A stretch of 32,000 nt of DNA, taken from positions 1,557,579 to 1,589,578 of the forward strand of contig NZ_CP031841.1 in NCBI RefSeq assembly GCF_003432385.1, written 5' to 3'. How positions within the stretch are numbered: position 1 is the first letter of the stretch; every line of letters starts with the position of its first letter. The DNA comes from Breoghania sp. L-A4 (GTDB lineage: Bacteria; Pseudomonadota; Alphaproteobacteria; Rhizobiales; Stappiaceae). Positions 17,865 through 26,018 of this stretch are shown here, piece by piece. The notes under the pieces are model-generated. The model ran no database searches and had not been told where the DNA came from. It saw only the letters and a list, made by a program, of their open reading frames with translations. Position numbers and translations under genes: made by a program.

Positions 17865-18215
17865 ATGGGGGATCCAAAGCGTCTTTCGGCGCGTTTCTTT
17901 ATGCTCGAAAGCGGCCGCATGCCGGTGAGGGACTGGCTGCTGGATCTCTCGCCGCAAGATAGGAAAAGTGTCGGAGACGACATTCGTGTGGCGGAGTTTG
18001 GCTGGCCGGTTGGCATGCCGCTTTGTCGGCCGATCATGAAGCGCAAGGGATTGTGGGAAATCCGGTCGGATCTTTCGAATGGCAGGATCGCGCGAATTTT
18101 GTTCTGCATCCAAGATGGAGCGATGGTGCTCTTGCATGGTTTTGTCAAGAAGTCGCGGAAGACGTCGAATGCGGATCTCGAACTGGCGTCGAAGCGAATG
18201 CGAGGTTTGAAATGA
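17865..18215 (+). CDS. type II toxin, RelE/ParE superfamily (HigB / Gp49-like)
   Basis: ~116 aa. PVRDWLLDL...GLWEIRSDLSNGRIARILFCIQDGAMVLLHGFVKKSRKT matches the Gp49-type toxin pattern. The start is uncertain (17856 or 17865). Its stop overlaps the next start (ATGA). Confidence 0.85.
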   Translation: MGDPKRLSARFFMLESGRMPVRDWLLDLSPQDRKSVGDDIRVAEFGWPVGMPLCRPIMKRKGLWEIRSDLSNGRIARILFCIQDGAMVLLHGFVKKSRKTSNADLELASKRMRGLK

Positions 18216-18505
18216 TCCAGGAACGCGAAATTGGAACCGCAGGCGAATTCTTTGAGGATTTTCTCAAGGAACAGGGGACCTTTGAGGAAACTACCGCGCG
18301 TGCGATCAAGCGTGTTGTCGCCTTCCAACTTGCTGAAGAGATGAAAACGAAAAATATCAGCAAGGCGGAAATGGCGCGCCGATTGGATACCAGTCGTTCG
18401 CAATTGGATCGACTGCTCGATCCTGACAATGTTGGCGTCACCCTGGCCGCGCTGTCGCGCGCTGCGCGTGAAGTCGGTCGTACATTGCGTTTGGAATTGG
18501 CCTGA
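18212..18505 (+). CDS. HigA-like antitoxin, XRE-family HTH
   Basis: 97 aa. HTH segment NISKAEMARRLDTSRSQLDRLLDP. It overlaps the toxin gene by 4 nt. Confidence 0.85.
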   Translation: MIQEREIGTAGEFFEDFLKEQGTFEETTARAIKRVVAFQLAEEMKTKNISKAEMARRLDTSRSQLDRLLDPDNVGVTLAALSRAAREVGRTLRLELA

Positions 18506-18549
18506 AACAGCGTTCGGTTGCGAAAAGCCGTTTCCTCTCGTGCGTCCCG

Positions 18550-19581
18550 TCACACCACCGCGTCCGCATCCACCATCACTTCTCCGACGTCACGCCAGAC
18601 ATTGCCCTTCTTGAAGTGCTTCTGGCGCCAGTCGAGGTATTTCAGATAGAGCGTCAGCTCATTGCCTTTCAGGCCCGGAAGTGAAACCGGGTCCAGCCCC
18701 GTCCACGGCAGGAACGGGTTGCGGCGGATGTTGCCGTTGATCTCCACGCGCAGCGTCTTTCGCGACGAGGGCGAGCGGGCGTGGAAGCCGAAGGTGTCGG
18801 CGATGATCAGCGTGTTGGCTTTCACCGCCATGCGCCGGGGCGCTGGCAGGCCGAGGGCTTGGAGGTCGCTTTCGGGCATGCGGAAGGAGCCGAACGAATG
18901 GTGCCCGCGCGCGTCGCGCGCGCCGAGGCTCTGGCGGTATTCCCAATCGAGCCGCTCGCGCGTCAGCCGGTGCGAGCCGGGCACATAGGCGAACGGCCCG
19001 TCGTCCTCGCCCACGTCATGCAGGAACAGCCAGCACTTGACCGTGGAATGAAACGTGTCGGCGTGCAGATCGGTCTGCGGATCGGCCGCCTTGCGGCTGG
19101 GGTCGGCCAGCACCGTCTGGATGAAGAAGGTCGGCTCCCCGCCGCGCGACGACATGTAGTGCATGGCGGCGCGGATCTCGCGCGAGCGCACCACGGAGGC
19201 CGTTGCGGGCATGGATTTCAGCAAGGCATTGGGCAGGGGCACCATGCGGGTCACCGTCGGGCCCTGGCGCATCTCACGCGCCGGAAACGCCCTGCCATAG
19301 ATCTCCGAGCGCAGTTGCGCGAAGGCGTCCGGCGCCAGGAAATCCCGCTTTTCGAGAAATCCGTCACGCGCGTAGGCGGCGCGGTCGGCCTCATCCAGGG
19401 CGCGGGCGAGCCATGCGCGGCGGCGGTCAGCCATCCAGCCGGCGGTCTTCACCCTGGCCAGATGCAACCCGTAGCGGTTGAGCGTCGGATTGCCGAGAAT
19501 CGGATTGGCGGCGAAGGACTTCGCGGCGCCTCCGATCTCCGCGATCCACAAGGGGGCCTTGAGAACATCCAGCGGCGTCAT
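18550..19581 (-). CDS. phytanoyl-CoA dioxygenase (PhyH) family Fe(II)/2-oxoglutarate oxygenase
   Basis: 343 aa. HADTFH (HxD) with a downstream FGFHAR histidine; the overall pattern is PhyH-like. Confidence 0.75.
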   Translation of the reverse strand: MTPLDVLKAPLWIAEIGGAAKSFAANPILGNPTLNRYGLHLARVKTAGWMADRRRAWLARALDEADRAAYARDGFLEKRDFLAPDAFAQLRSEIYGRAFPAREMRQGPTVTRMVPLPNALLKSMPATASVVRSREIRAAMHYMSSRGGEPTFFIQTVLADPSRKAADPQTDLHADTFHSTVKCWLFLHDVGEDDGPFAYVPGSHRLTRERLDWEYRQSLGARDARGHHSFGSFRMPESDLQALGLPAPRRMAVKANTLIIADTFGFHARSPSSRKTLRVEINGNIRRNPFLPWTGLDPVSLPGLKGNELTLYLKYLDWRQKHFKKGNVWRDVGEVMVDADAVV

Positions 19582-19660
19582 CTGCGGTCACTCAATTCGA
19601 AACGGTGATTGGCCGGGCTGCCTGAGCGGCCGCCCCTTGCACGCATTTTGGAACACAGTC

Positions 19661-21046
19661 TTACTGCACCCGCGGCCTGTCCGTATAGGGTTGTATCTTC
19701 TGAAAGGCTGGCGTATCGCGCAATGCCTCCAGCACGGTCTGCACATCGCTGTCGCTCAGGGACGTGTGTGTGCGGACCGAATACCATGCGCTGCCGCTCT
19801 GTGGCGCTCCCACCTCCAGCATCAGATCCGGCAGCGATCCGTTGAAGCTGCGGCGCGAGCTGTCGAGCAGCGGCTGATAGGCGTCCATGAAATTCTGCGC
19901 CTGGGTGCGCGAGCGGAACGAGCCGAAGATGATCGTATTGTCTGTGTTCTCGATACGGTCGAAGGTCTCGATGAAAATGTCGATGCGCTTGGGATCCTCG
20001 CTCTCCGTCCGGTCGAGCGCTCCCAGCGCGTGCTGTCCCACCGTTTCAGCCGCGAAATGCCGGTTGTGCACCAAGGCGCGCCCCGGGAGCACGGACCAGA
20101 CGAACACCTGATCGCGGTAATCCGGTTCGCTGCGGCGAAGCTCCATTGCCGCATCGTCCATCATGTCGTGCGCATAGGCGTCAAGCTGGACCGGCCAGTC
20201 GCGCAAGGTGTTGAAGGTCTCGCGGGCGCCGCCGGTATCGCCGGCGTAGACCTGGGCCAGCCCCAGCGTGAAGGCGGCGTCATTGCGCCAGCGCCAGTGT
20301 CCCGGCGAGAGGCGGAAGGCGGGGGATTTCGGATCCAGCGGCGCAAGGTCGCGCAGCAGCGCGAGCGCCTGCTCCCCCGGCGTCTGTCCCGCCGTTCCGG
20401 GCAGGCCGGCGGTCTGGCTGGCGATCTCCGGATCGCAGGCGGCGGTGTATTGGCAGCCCGCCAGCAACAAGCCCAGCCGCAAGGCCGAGACCAACGCATG
20501 GGGCGTCTGGCTGAAGCGCGCCATCTCCGCGTAGCCGGCGATGGCCTTGATGTAACCTTGCGGATCAGTGAAGTCCTGACCGCTGGCGTCGAGATACAGT
20601 CCGCTTCGGTTGGCCAGAGCACGCGCGAAATCGTTGCGCGCCTCCACGTTGCCGGTCTCCACCAGCACGTTCAGCCGTCTGGCGGCGAGGTCCGGGCGGT
20701 TTGTCTCCCAGGGGTGTTCGAGCGAGCCGAGAATCCGCGCCGCGACCGCCACCTCGCTTGAGTTGGGCGGCGCTTCGAGGATCACATCGACCAACCCTTC
20801 GATCTTAGCTTCGTAGTGGCTGCGGCCGCCGGGAAAGCTCCGGTCGTCTTCCAGAAGCTTCAGCACGCGCGCGGGATCGCGGGCCGCGCGCTCGAGCAAT
20901 TCCTGGATGTCGACGCTGGCAGCCCGCGCCGCAGAGACGCCGGCGAACGGGGCCACTGTGTCCGCGGGCCACCAGCCCGGGGCGGCAAGATGCGCGCCCA
21001 GCATGGTCACAGCGATTGCGGCGGAGGCCAGCCGGTTCCCCATCAT
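19661..21046 (-). CDS. large secreted protein of unknown function
   Basis: The likely start MMGNRLASAAIAVTMLGAHLAAP (signal-like) follows GGGAAG. ~461 aa, with a helical-repeat-like middle region. I recognise no family. Confidence 0.7.
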   Translation of the reverse strand: MMGNRLASAAIAVTMLGAHLAAPGWWPADTVAPFAGVSAARAASVDIQELLERAARDPARVLKLLEDDRSFPGGRSHYEAKIEGLVDVILEAPPNSSEVAVAARILGSLEHPWETNRPDLAARRLNVLVETGNVEARNDFARALANRSGLYLDASGQDFTDPQGYIKAIAGYAEMARFSQTPHALVSALRLGLLLAGCQYTAACDPEIASQTAGLPGTAGQTPGEQALALLRDLAPLDPKSPAFRLSPGHWRWRNDAAFTLGLAQVYAGDTGGARETFNTLRDWPVQLDAYAHDMMDDAAMELRRSEPDYRDQVFVWSVLPGRALVHNRHFAAETVGQHALGALDRTESEDPKRIDIFIETFDRIENTDNTIIFGSFRSRTQAQNFMDAYQPLLDSSRRSFNGSLPDLMLEVGAPQSGSAWYSVRTHTSLSDSDVQTVLEALRDTPAFQKIQPYTDRPRVQ

Positions 21047-21110
21047 CGTCTTCCCGTGGCGTTGTTCATCAAGGCGGCATCGGGCGCGCGGCGTCCGCGG
21101 TTCAAACCCG

Positions 21111-21947
21111 TCATCGGCAATTTCCATTGGCCAGCAGCAGCGTGATCAGATGCCCGTCCGGCACCACTTCGATATGCACCCCGTCCACCACTGGCGGAGC
21201 GTTGGACTGGTCGTGCCAGAACACGAAGATGTTGAGGTCTTCCATGTCCTCGAAATCCTCCAGCAGCCGGCGGAAGCGGATCGGCACCGCGGGCTCGCCC
21301 GGACGCGTGGCGCGGCGGTTGCGGGTTTCCGTCGGGCGGATGTTGCCGTTCAGGCTGGTGCCGAAATAGATCTCGTCGGAATGCAGCCCGGCGCCGCGCG
21401 GCATCAGCGGATCGTCGAAGGGACCGCCGGCGGCGCGCCTGGGGGCGGCGCCGGCCAGATGGCAATCGACCTTGAAGTGGATGTTGCGCGGGCCTTCCTC
21501 GAGCGCCTTCTTGTAGATGTCGCGATAGGCGGTGGCGAATTCGATCTGACCCTGCAGCTTGCCGATCTCGTTGTCCTTACCGGTCACCTGCGCCTTGAGC
21601 CCGGCGATCTGCGCCCGCTGGGCCTCTATGGTCTCGGCCGGGTCGTAGAAGCGCGGCGCCGCCAGGTTGAGACCGAACACCAGCACGGCGAAGATCCCCA
21701 CCGCGCCGGTCAGGTTCCACTTGCTGTCCTTGAAATTCGTGTTGCTGTCGAAGATCGCATAGAACACCATGGCGACGCCGATCAGGATCGCCATCATGCC
21801 GAGAAACAGCGACACGGCGGTGCGGGTTTCCGACAGACCGAGCAGCGCCTCGCCGCCGGGTGGCTGATCGGCGATGAAAAAGCCGGCGAGAAAGACGGTG
21901 CCGGCGAGAAAGAATCCCAGCGCGAAACGGATCTGAAGCTTTCTCAA
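21111..21947 (-). CDS. membrane protein (3 TM + coiled coil + C-terminal domain), unknown function
   Basis: The coding-like part of the 453-aa ORF begins near RKLQIRFALGFFLAGTVFLAGFF. The only in-frame start nearby is the TTG at 21947, which lacks a clear SD, so the start is uncertain. Coiled-coil segment: EAQRAQIAGLKAQVTGKDNEIGKLQGQIE. Confidence 0.6.
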   Translation of the reverse strand: MRKLQIRFALGFFLAGTVFLAGFFIADQPPGGEALLGLSETRTAVSLFLGMMAILIGVAMVFYAIFDSNTNFKDSKWNLTGAVGIFAVLVFGLNLAAPRFYDPAETIEAQRAQIAGLKAQVTGKDNEIGKLQGQIEFATAYRDIYKKALEEGPRNIHFKVDCHLAGAAPRRAAGGPFDDPLMPRGAGLHSDEIYFGTSLNGNIRPTETRNRRATRPGEPAVPIRFRRLLEDFEDMEDLNIFVFWHDQSNAPPVVDGVHIEVVPDGHLITLLLANGNCR

Positions 21948-22277
21948 CGCGGGGTCGGGCCGCGCGGCGGGGGGACAGGCGCGTTCGGGGTATCGGATCG
22001 GGCATGAGGGGTCTCCCTGCTGCCAGTTGCGTCGCGGTGGTCTCTTGTGCGGTGCCGGCACGGCCGGCTGGCCGCCGGCGCCGCAATAAAGTGCGTGGCG
22101 CGTGAAGCGGTCATCGCGAAGCAATAGATGAAACTGACGTAACGATACGTGGGAACCGCCACACTCGCAAGCAGTGGAAGGCGGGTGAGCGGCGCGCATG
22201 ACGGATTGCCCGGCACGGGCTGATGCCGCTATCGTCATGCAAACGTCGGCAGCGAGCGATGTGCCGCCACCATGAGT

Positions 22278-22320
22278 TTCGGCGCCTTGCGCCACAACCC
22301 CAAATTCGGCGCCTTGCGCC
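22278..22320 (+). promoter_or_regulatory. two copies of a 16-bp palindrome-containing direct repeat upstream of the peptidase gene
   Basis: TTCGGCGCCTTGCGCC occurs at 22278-22293 and 22305-22320, 27 bp start to start. Each copy contains GGCGC-CTT-GCGCC. The second ends 19 nt before the ATG at 22340. Confidence 0.35.
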
Positions 22321-22339
22321 GGGGAAGATCTGAAAAGCC

Positions 22340-23721
22340 ATGCTGAATGCCGTCCTTGAGCGTATCGACGCCGACTTCGACCAGAGTCTCGATCGCCTGT
22401 TCGAGCTGCTGAAGATAAATAGCATCTCGACCGATCCCGCTTTTGCCGGCGACTGCCGCGAGGCGGCCGCATGGCTGGCCGCGGAACTCACCAGAATCGG
22501 CATCCCGGCCAGCGTGCGCGACACGATCGGTCATCCGATGGTGGTGGGTCATCTTGCGGACGACGGCAAGCCTGGTCCGCACGTGCTGTTTTACGGCCAC
22601 TATGACGTGCAGCCGGTGGATCCTTTGGAACTGTGGGAGACCGATCCGTTTGCGCCGCGGATCGCGACGCAGCCTGACGGGACGAAAATCATCGTGGCGC
22701 GCGGCTCGGGTGACGACAAGGGCCAGCTGATGACCTTTGTCGAAGCCGCGCGCGCCTGGATTGCCGAGACGGGCGGCTTGCCGCTGTCGGTCTCCGTGCT
22801 GTTCGAGGGGAGGAGGAATGCGCCTCGCCGTCGCTGGAGCCTTTCCTGGACGCCAACAAGGATGAGCTGTCGGTCGATCTGGCGCTGGTCTGCGACACCT
22901 GCATGTGGGACGCCGAGACCCCGGCGATCACCACCACGCTGCGCGGGCTGATGGCGGAGGAGATCATCATCACGGCGGCCGACAAGGACCTGCATTCGGG
23001 CATGTACGGCGGCATCGCCCGCAACCCGCTGCACGTGATGGCCGATGTTCTCGCCGGCCTGCACGACGCGGAAGGCCGGGTGACGCTGCCCGACTTCTAT
23101 GAGGGCGTGATCGATCCGCCCGCCGACGTGGCCGCCATCTGGGACACGCTCGGCTTTTCCGCCGACACCTATCTCGGCAAGGTCAATCTGAAGATCCCGG
23201 CCGGCGAGCAGGGCCGCACGCCGCTGGAGCAGGTCTGGACCCGGCCGACGCTCGAGATCAATGGTGTGACCGGCGGCTACGGCGGCGCCGGCTTCAAGAC
23301 GGTGATCCCCTCCAAGGCATCCGCCAAGATCTCCTGCCGCCTGGTGGGAGAGCAGGACCCGGCGAAGATCCGCGATCGCTTTCGCACCTATGTGCGCTCG
23401 AAGATCCCGGCCGATTGCTCGGTGGAGTTCATCGACCATGGCGCCAATCCGGCGCTGATGCTGGATTTCGAGAGCCCGGCGCTGAACAAGGCGAAGACCG
23501 CGCTGACCGCCGAGTGGGGCAAGCCCGCCGCCGTGGTCGGCTGCGGCGCCTCGATTCCCATCGTCGGCGATTTCAAGCGCAAGCTCGACATGGACAGCCT
23601 GCTGATCGGCTTCGGTCTGGAGGACGACCGGATTCATTCGCCGAACGAGAAGTACAACGTCACCAGCTACCACAAGGGCATCCGCTCCTGGGCCCGCATT
23701 CTCAATGAGCTCGCAAGCTAG
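22340..23721 (+). pseudogene. M20-family peptidase (dipeptidase-like), one -1 frameshift
   Basis: The two ORFs (22340-22951, 22903-23721) join as ..SVLFEG|EEECASPSLEPFLDANKDELSVDLALVCDT.. at GGGG 22807-22810. HYDVQP and GSGDDKGQ motifs are present. The combined length is ~460 aa. Confidence 0.85.
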
Positions 23722-23753
23722 ATTTCAGCGATCGGGCCAGAACTGGAAAACGC

Positions 23754-24335
23754 ATGAAGAGCATCTGTGTCTATTGCGGCTCCAACCCGGGCAGGCGCGG
23801 CGCCTACAGCGCCGCCGCGACCGCGCTTGGCGCGACGATCGCCCGGCGCGGCCTGCGGCTCGTCTATGGCGGGGCGTCGATCGGGCTCATGGGCGCGGTG
23901 GCGGATGCCGCGCTGGCCTCGGGCGGCCATGTCATCGGCATCATGCCGCAGGCGCTGGTGGAGAAGGAGATCGCGCACAACGGGCTCAGCGAGATGCATG
24001 TCGTCGCCTCCATGCATGAGCGCAAGCGGATGATGGCGGACATGTCCGACGGATTCATCGCGCTGCCCGGCGGCGTCGGCACCATGGAGGAGCTCTTCGA
24101 GGTCTGGACCTGGGCGCAGCTCGGTCACCACGACAAGCCCTGCGGGCTGCTGGACGTCTCGGGCTTCTACGAGCCGCTGGAAACCTTCCTCGACCACCAG
24201 GTGATCGAGGGCTTCGTCCGCGCCGAGCACCGCGAGATCCTTAAAATCAATTCCGACGCCGACGCCCTGCTCGACGCTTTCGAAGCCTACAAGGCGCCGC
24301 GCGTCGCCAAATGGATCGAGCGCGACGACGTGTGA
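23754..24335 (+). CDS. LOG-family nucleotide 5'-monophosphate nucleosidase (TIGR00730)
   Basis: 193 aa. VYCGS, GGxxGLMG and the PGGVGTMEE motif. Confidence 0.9.
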   Translation: MKSICVYCGSNPGRRGAYSAAATALGATIARRGLRLVYGGASIGLMGAVADAALASGGHVIGIMPQALVEKEIAHNGLSEMHVVASMHERKRMMADMSDGFIALPGGVGTMEELFEVWTWAQLGHHDKPCGLLDVSGFYEPLETFLDHQVIEGFVRAEHREILKINSDADALLDAFEAYKAPRVAKWIERDDV

Positions 24336-24353
24336 GGCGCGCGCAGAAAACCC

Positions 24354-25016
24354 CTATCCCAGCGCCTTGAGCCCGTTCAGATCCGAGAGCACGGCGGCGG
24401 GCGGCAGGTCGGTATATTCGTCGGGCAGGCCAGAACGGTTGATCCACACGGTGCGGAATCCGAAGGCCGTCGCGCCCGCCACGTCCCAGCGGTTGGACGA
24501 CTGGAACGACACGGCCTCGGGATAGATGCGGAAGTGCGTCGTCACCATGTCGTAGACGCGTTCGTCGGTCTTGTAGACCCGCAGGCTGTCGACGGAGAAC
24601 ACCTCGTCGAGCACGCCGTCGAGACCGGCGGCGGACACGGCGCCTTCGAGCATGGCGGGGGAGCCGTTGGACAGGATCGCAAGCTTCGCGCCGGTGTCCT
24701 TGAGGCTTTTCAGAACCTGCGGCACCTCGCCGTAGCAGTCCAGCCGGTGATAGGCCTCCAGCAGTTGCGCCTTGGTCGAGGTGTCGGCGGAAGGCACCCG
24801 CTGAAACGCATAGTCCAGCGCCTGCTCGGTCAGGGTCCAGAAATCCTGGTAGCGGCCCATCATGCTGCGGATCCAGGAATATTCCAGCTGCTTGGCGCGC
24901 CAGATTTCCGAAAGCCGGTCCGCGTCCGGTCCCACCGCTTCCGCGTGTCTGCGCACCGCCGCATGGACGTCGAACAGGGTGCCATAGGCATCAAACACAT
25001 AAGCGGACGCGGACAT
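24354..25016 (-). CDS. type II haloacid dehalogenase (HAD superfamily)
   Basis: The start at 25016 (MSASAYVFDAYGTLFDV) carries the nucleophile motif DxYGT. It also has ILSNGS and a C-terminal SSNRWDVAGA. Confidence 0.9.
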   Translation of the reverse strand: MSASAYVFDAYGTLFDVHAAVRRHAEAVGPDADRLSEIWRAKQLEYSWIRSMMGRYQDFWTLTEQALDYAFQRVPSADTSTKAQLLEAYHRLDCYGEVPQVLKSLKDTGAKLAILSNGSPAMLEGAVSAAGLDGVLDEVFSVDSLRVYKTDERVYDMVTTHFRIYPEAVSFQSSNRWDVAGATAFGFRTVWINRSGLPDEYTDLPPAAVLSDLNGLKALG

Positions 25017-25112
25017 GAGCTGGCTCCGGAGTTGCGCGTATCCCAAGGTGCGGGCAGAAGACCGCGAAGCGGTGCCTGCGTCAAGGCGGCATTGGGTATC
25101 AGGAGGCCGCGC

Positions 25113-25475
25113 TCAGTCTTCGACGAAGCGCTGCAGGCGCGTCAGTGCATCATCCCATTGGGCGGAAATGCGGGCGAGATAGCGGCGGGCTTCCTCAAGC
25201 CGCCCGGGCTGGTATTCGAACAGCGTTTCGCGTCCGCTGCGGCTGCTGTGCACAACCCCCGCGCGTTCCAGGATCTTGAGATGCTTGGTGACCGCCTGGC
25301 GCGTCAGGCGCGCGTGTCCGGGCTCGGATGCAAGCGCTGTGATCGACTGCGCGGGGCCTTCGGCCAGGCGGTTGAGCAATGCCAGGCGGGTCTCGTCTCC
25401 CAGTGCGGCGAACAGCGCGGCCGGCGGCGCGAAACCGCCAGCCTCTGGCTCCCGCGCCTCAAGCACCGGCCACAT
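25113..25475 (-). CDS. ArsR/SmtB-family transcriptional regulator
   Basis: 120 aa. LGDETRLALLNRL...SITALA...LTRQAVTKHLKILERAGVV. It overlaps the upstream SRPBCC gene by 17 nt. Confidence 0.85.
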   Translation of the reverse strand: MWPVLEAREPEAGGFAPPAALFAALGDETRLALLNRLAEGPAQSITALASEPGHARLTRQAVTKHLKILERAGVVHSSRSGRETLFEYQPGRLEEARRYLARISAQWDDALTRLQRFVED

Positions 25476-25923
25476 GCTCCTGGATGTTTTTCATCTGGAA
25501 TGTCCATCCCTGGCCGTTCATTCGCAAGGCTTCCAACCGGCGCCCCTTGGGGATTTTATCGAAGCCGGTTTCGCGCACCAGCAGCCGGGTGCCGGAGTCG
25601 GCGGGCTCGAGATGGAACTCGACCAGTGTCGAAGGCTCGGCTGAATAGTCGATCTCCGGGTCGACCGCGTAAGGGTGCCAGGTGAAGGAAAACAGCCGCT
25701 CCGGCTCCACCGCCACGACCACTGCATCCCAGGCAATATGCTCGTAGCCTGAGATCGTCATGTGCCCGGTGGATTTCTCGCCTGGCACAAAGGGACCGTC
25801 GAGCGCGACGCCGAACCAGGCGCCGAACTCCGTGTGGTCGGTCAGCGCCCGCCACACCCGCGAGACGGGGGCGGCGATGTCGATGCTGCGTTCGATGCGA
25901 TCGGTATCAAGAACCTCGGTCAT
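25459..25923 (-). CDS. SRPBCC / Aha1-domain protein
   Basis: The ATG at 25923 follows GGAGAG. IERSIDIAAPVSRVWRALTD... matches the AHSA1/SRPBCC pattern, which is commonly paired with ArsR. Confidence 0.85.
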   Translation of the reverse strand: MTEVLDTDRIERSIDIAAPVSRVWRALTDHTEFGAWFGVALDGPFVPGEKSTGHMTISGYEHIAWDAVVVAVEPERLFSFTWHPYAVDPEIDYSAEPSTLVEFHLEPADSGTRLLVRETGFDKIPKGRRLEALRMNGQGWTFQMKNIQEHVAGA

Positions 25924-25937
25924 GTTCACTCTCCTCT

Positions 25938-26004
25938 ATATGCAACCAATCAGTTGCGAGTGATCTTGCCGAAGGTCGACTTAATATGCAACCTTTTTAT
26001 TGCG
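25938..26004. promoter_or_regulatory. paired operator-like repeats upstream of the SRPBCC-arsR operon
   Basis: ATATGCAACCAATCAGTTGCG (25938-25958) and ATATGCAACCTTTTTATTGCG (25984-26004). The first contains GCAAC-N6-GTTGC. Confidence 0.35.
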
Positions 26005-26018
26005 TTTTGACTGAGCGA

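Noticed and set aside
17455-17928. 157-aa plus-strand ORF spanning the OMP 3' end, the MCM relic and the TA promoter
   Set aside because: It is a chimeric read-through. It is out of frame over the OMP gene and only coincidentally in frame with the relic, and it has no start context.
21948-22086. ATG at ~22000 (MPDPIPRTRLS.., preceded by GGGAGA) as the true start of the membrane protein, joined through the C6 run near 21968-21973
   Set aside because: Joining it to the coding frame needs a +1 shift, opposite to the -1 pattern seen elsewhere, and the intervening peptide is Arg/Pro-rich junk. I kept the TTG at 21947 as a low-confidence start instead.
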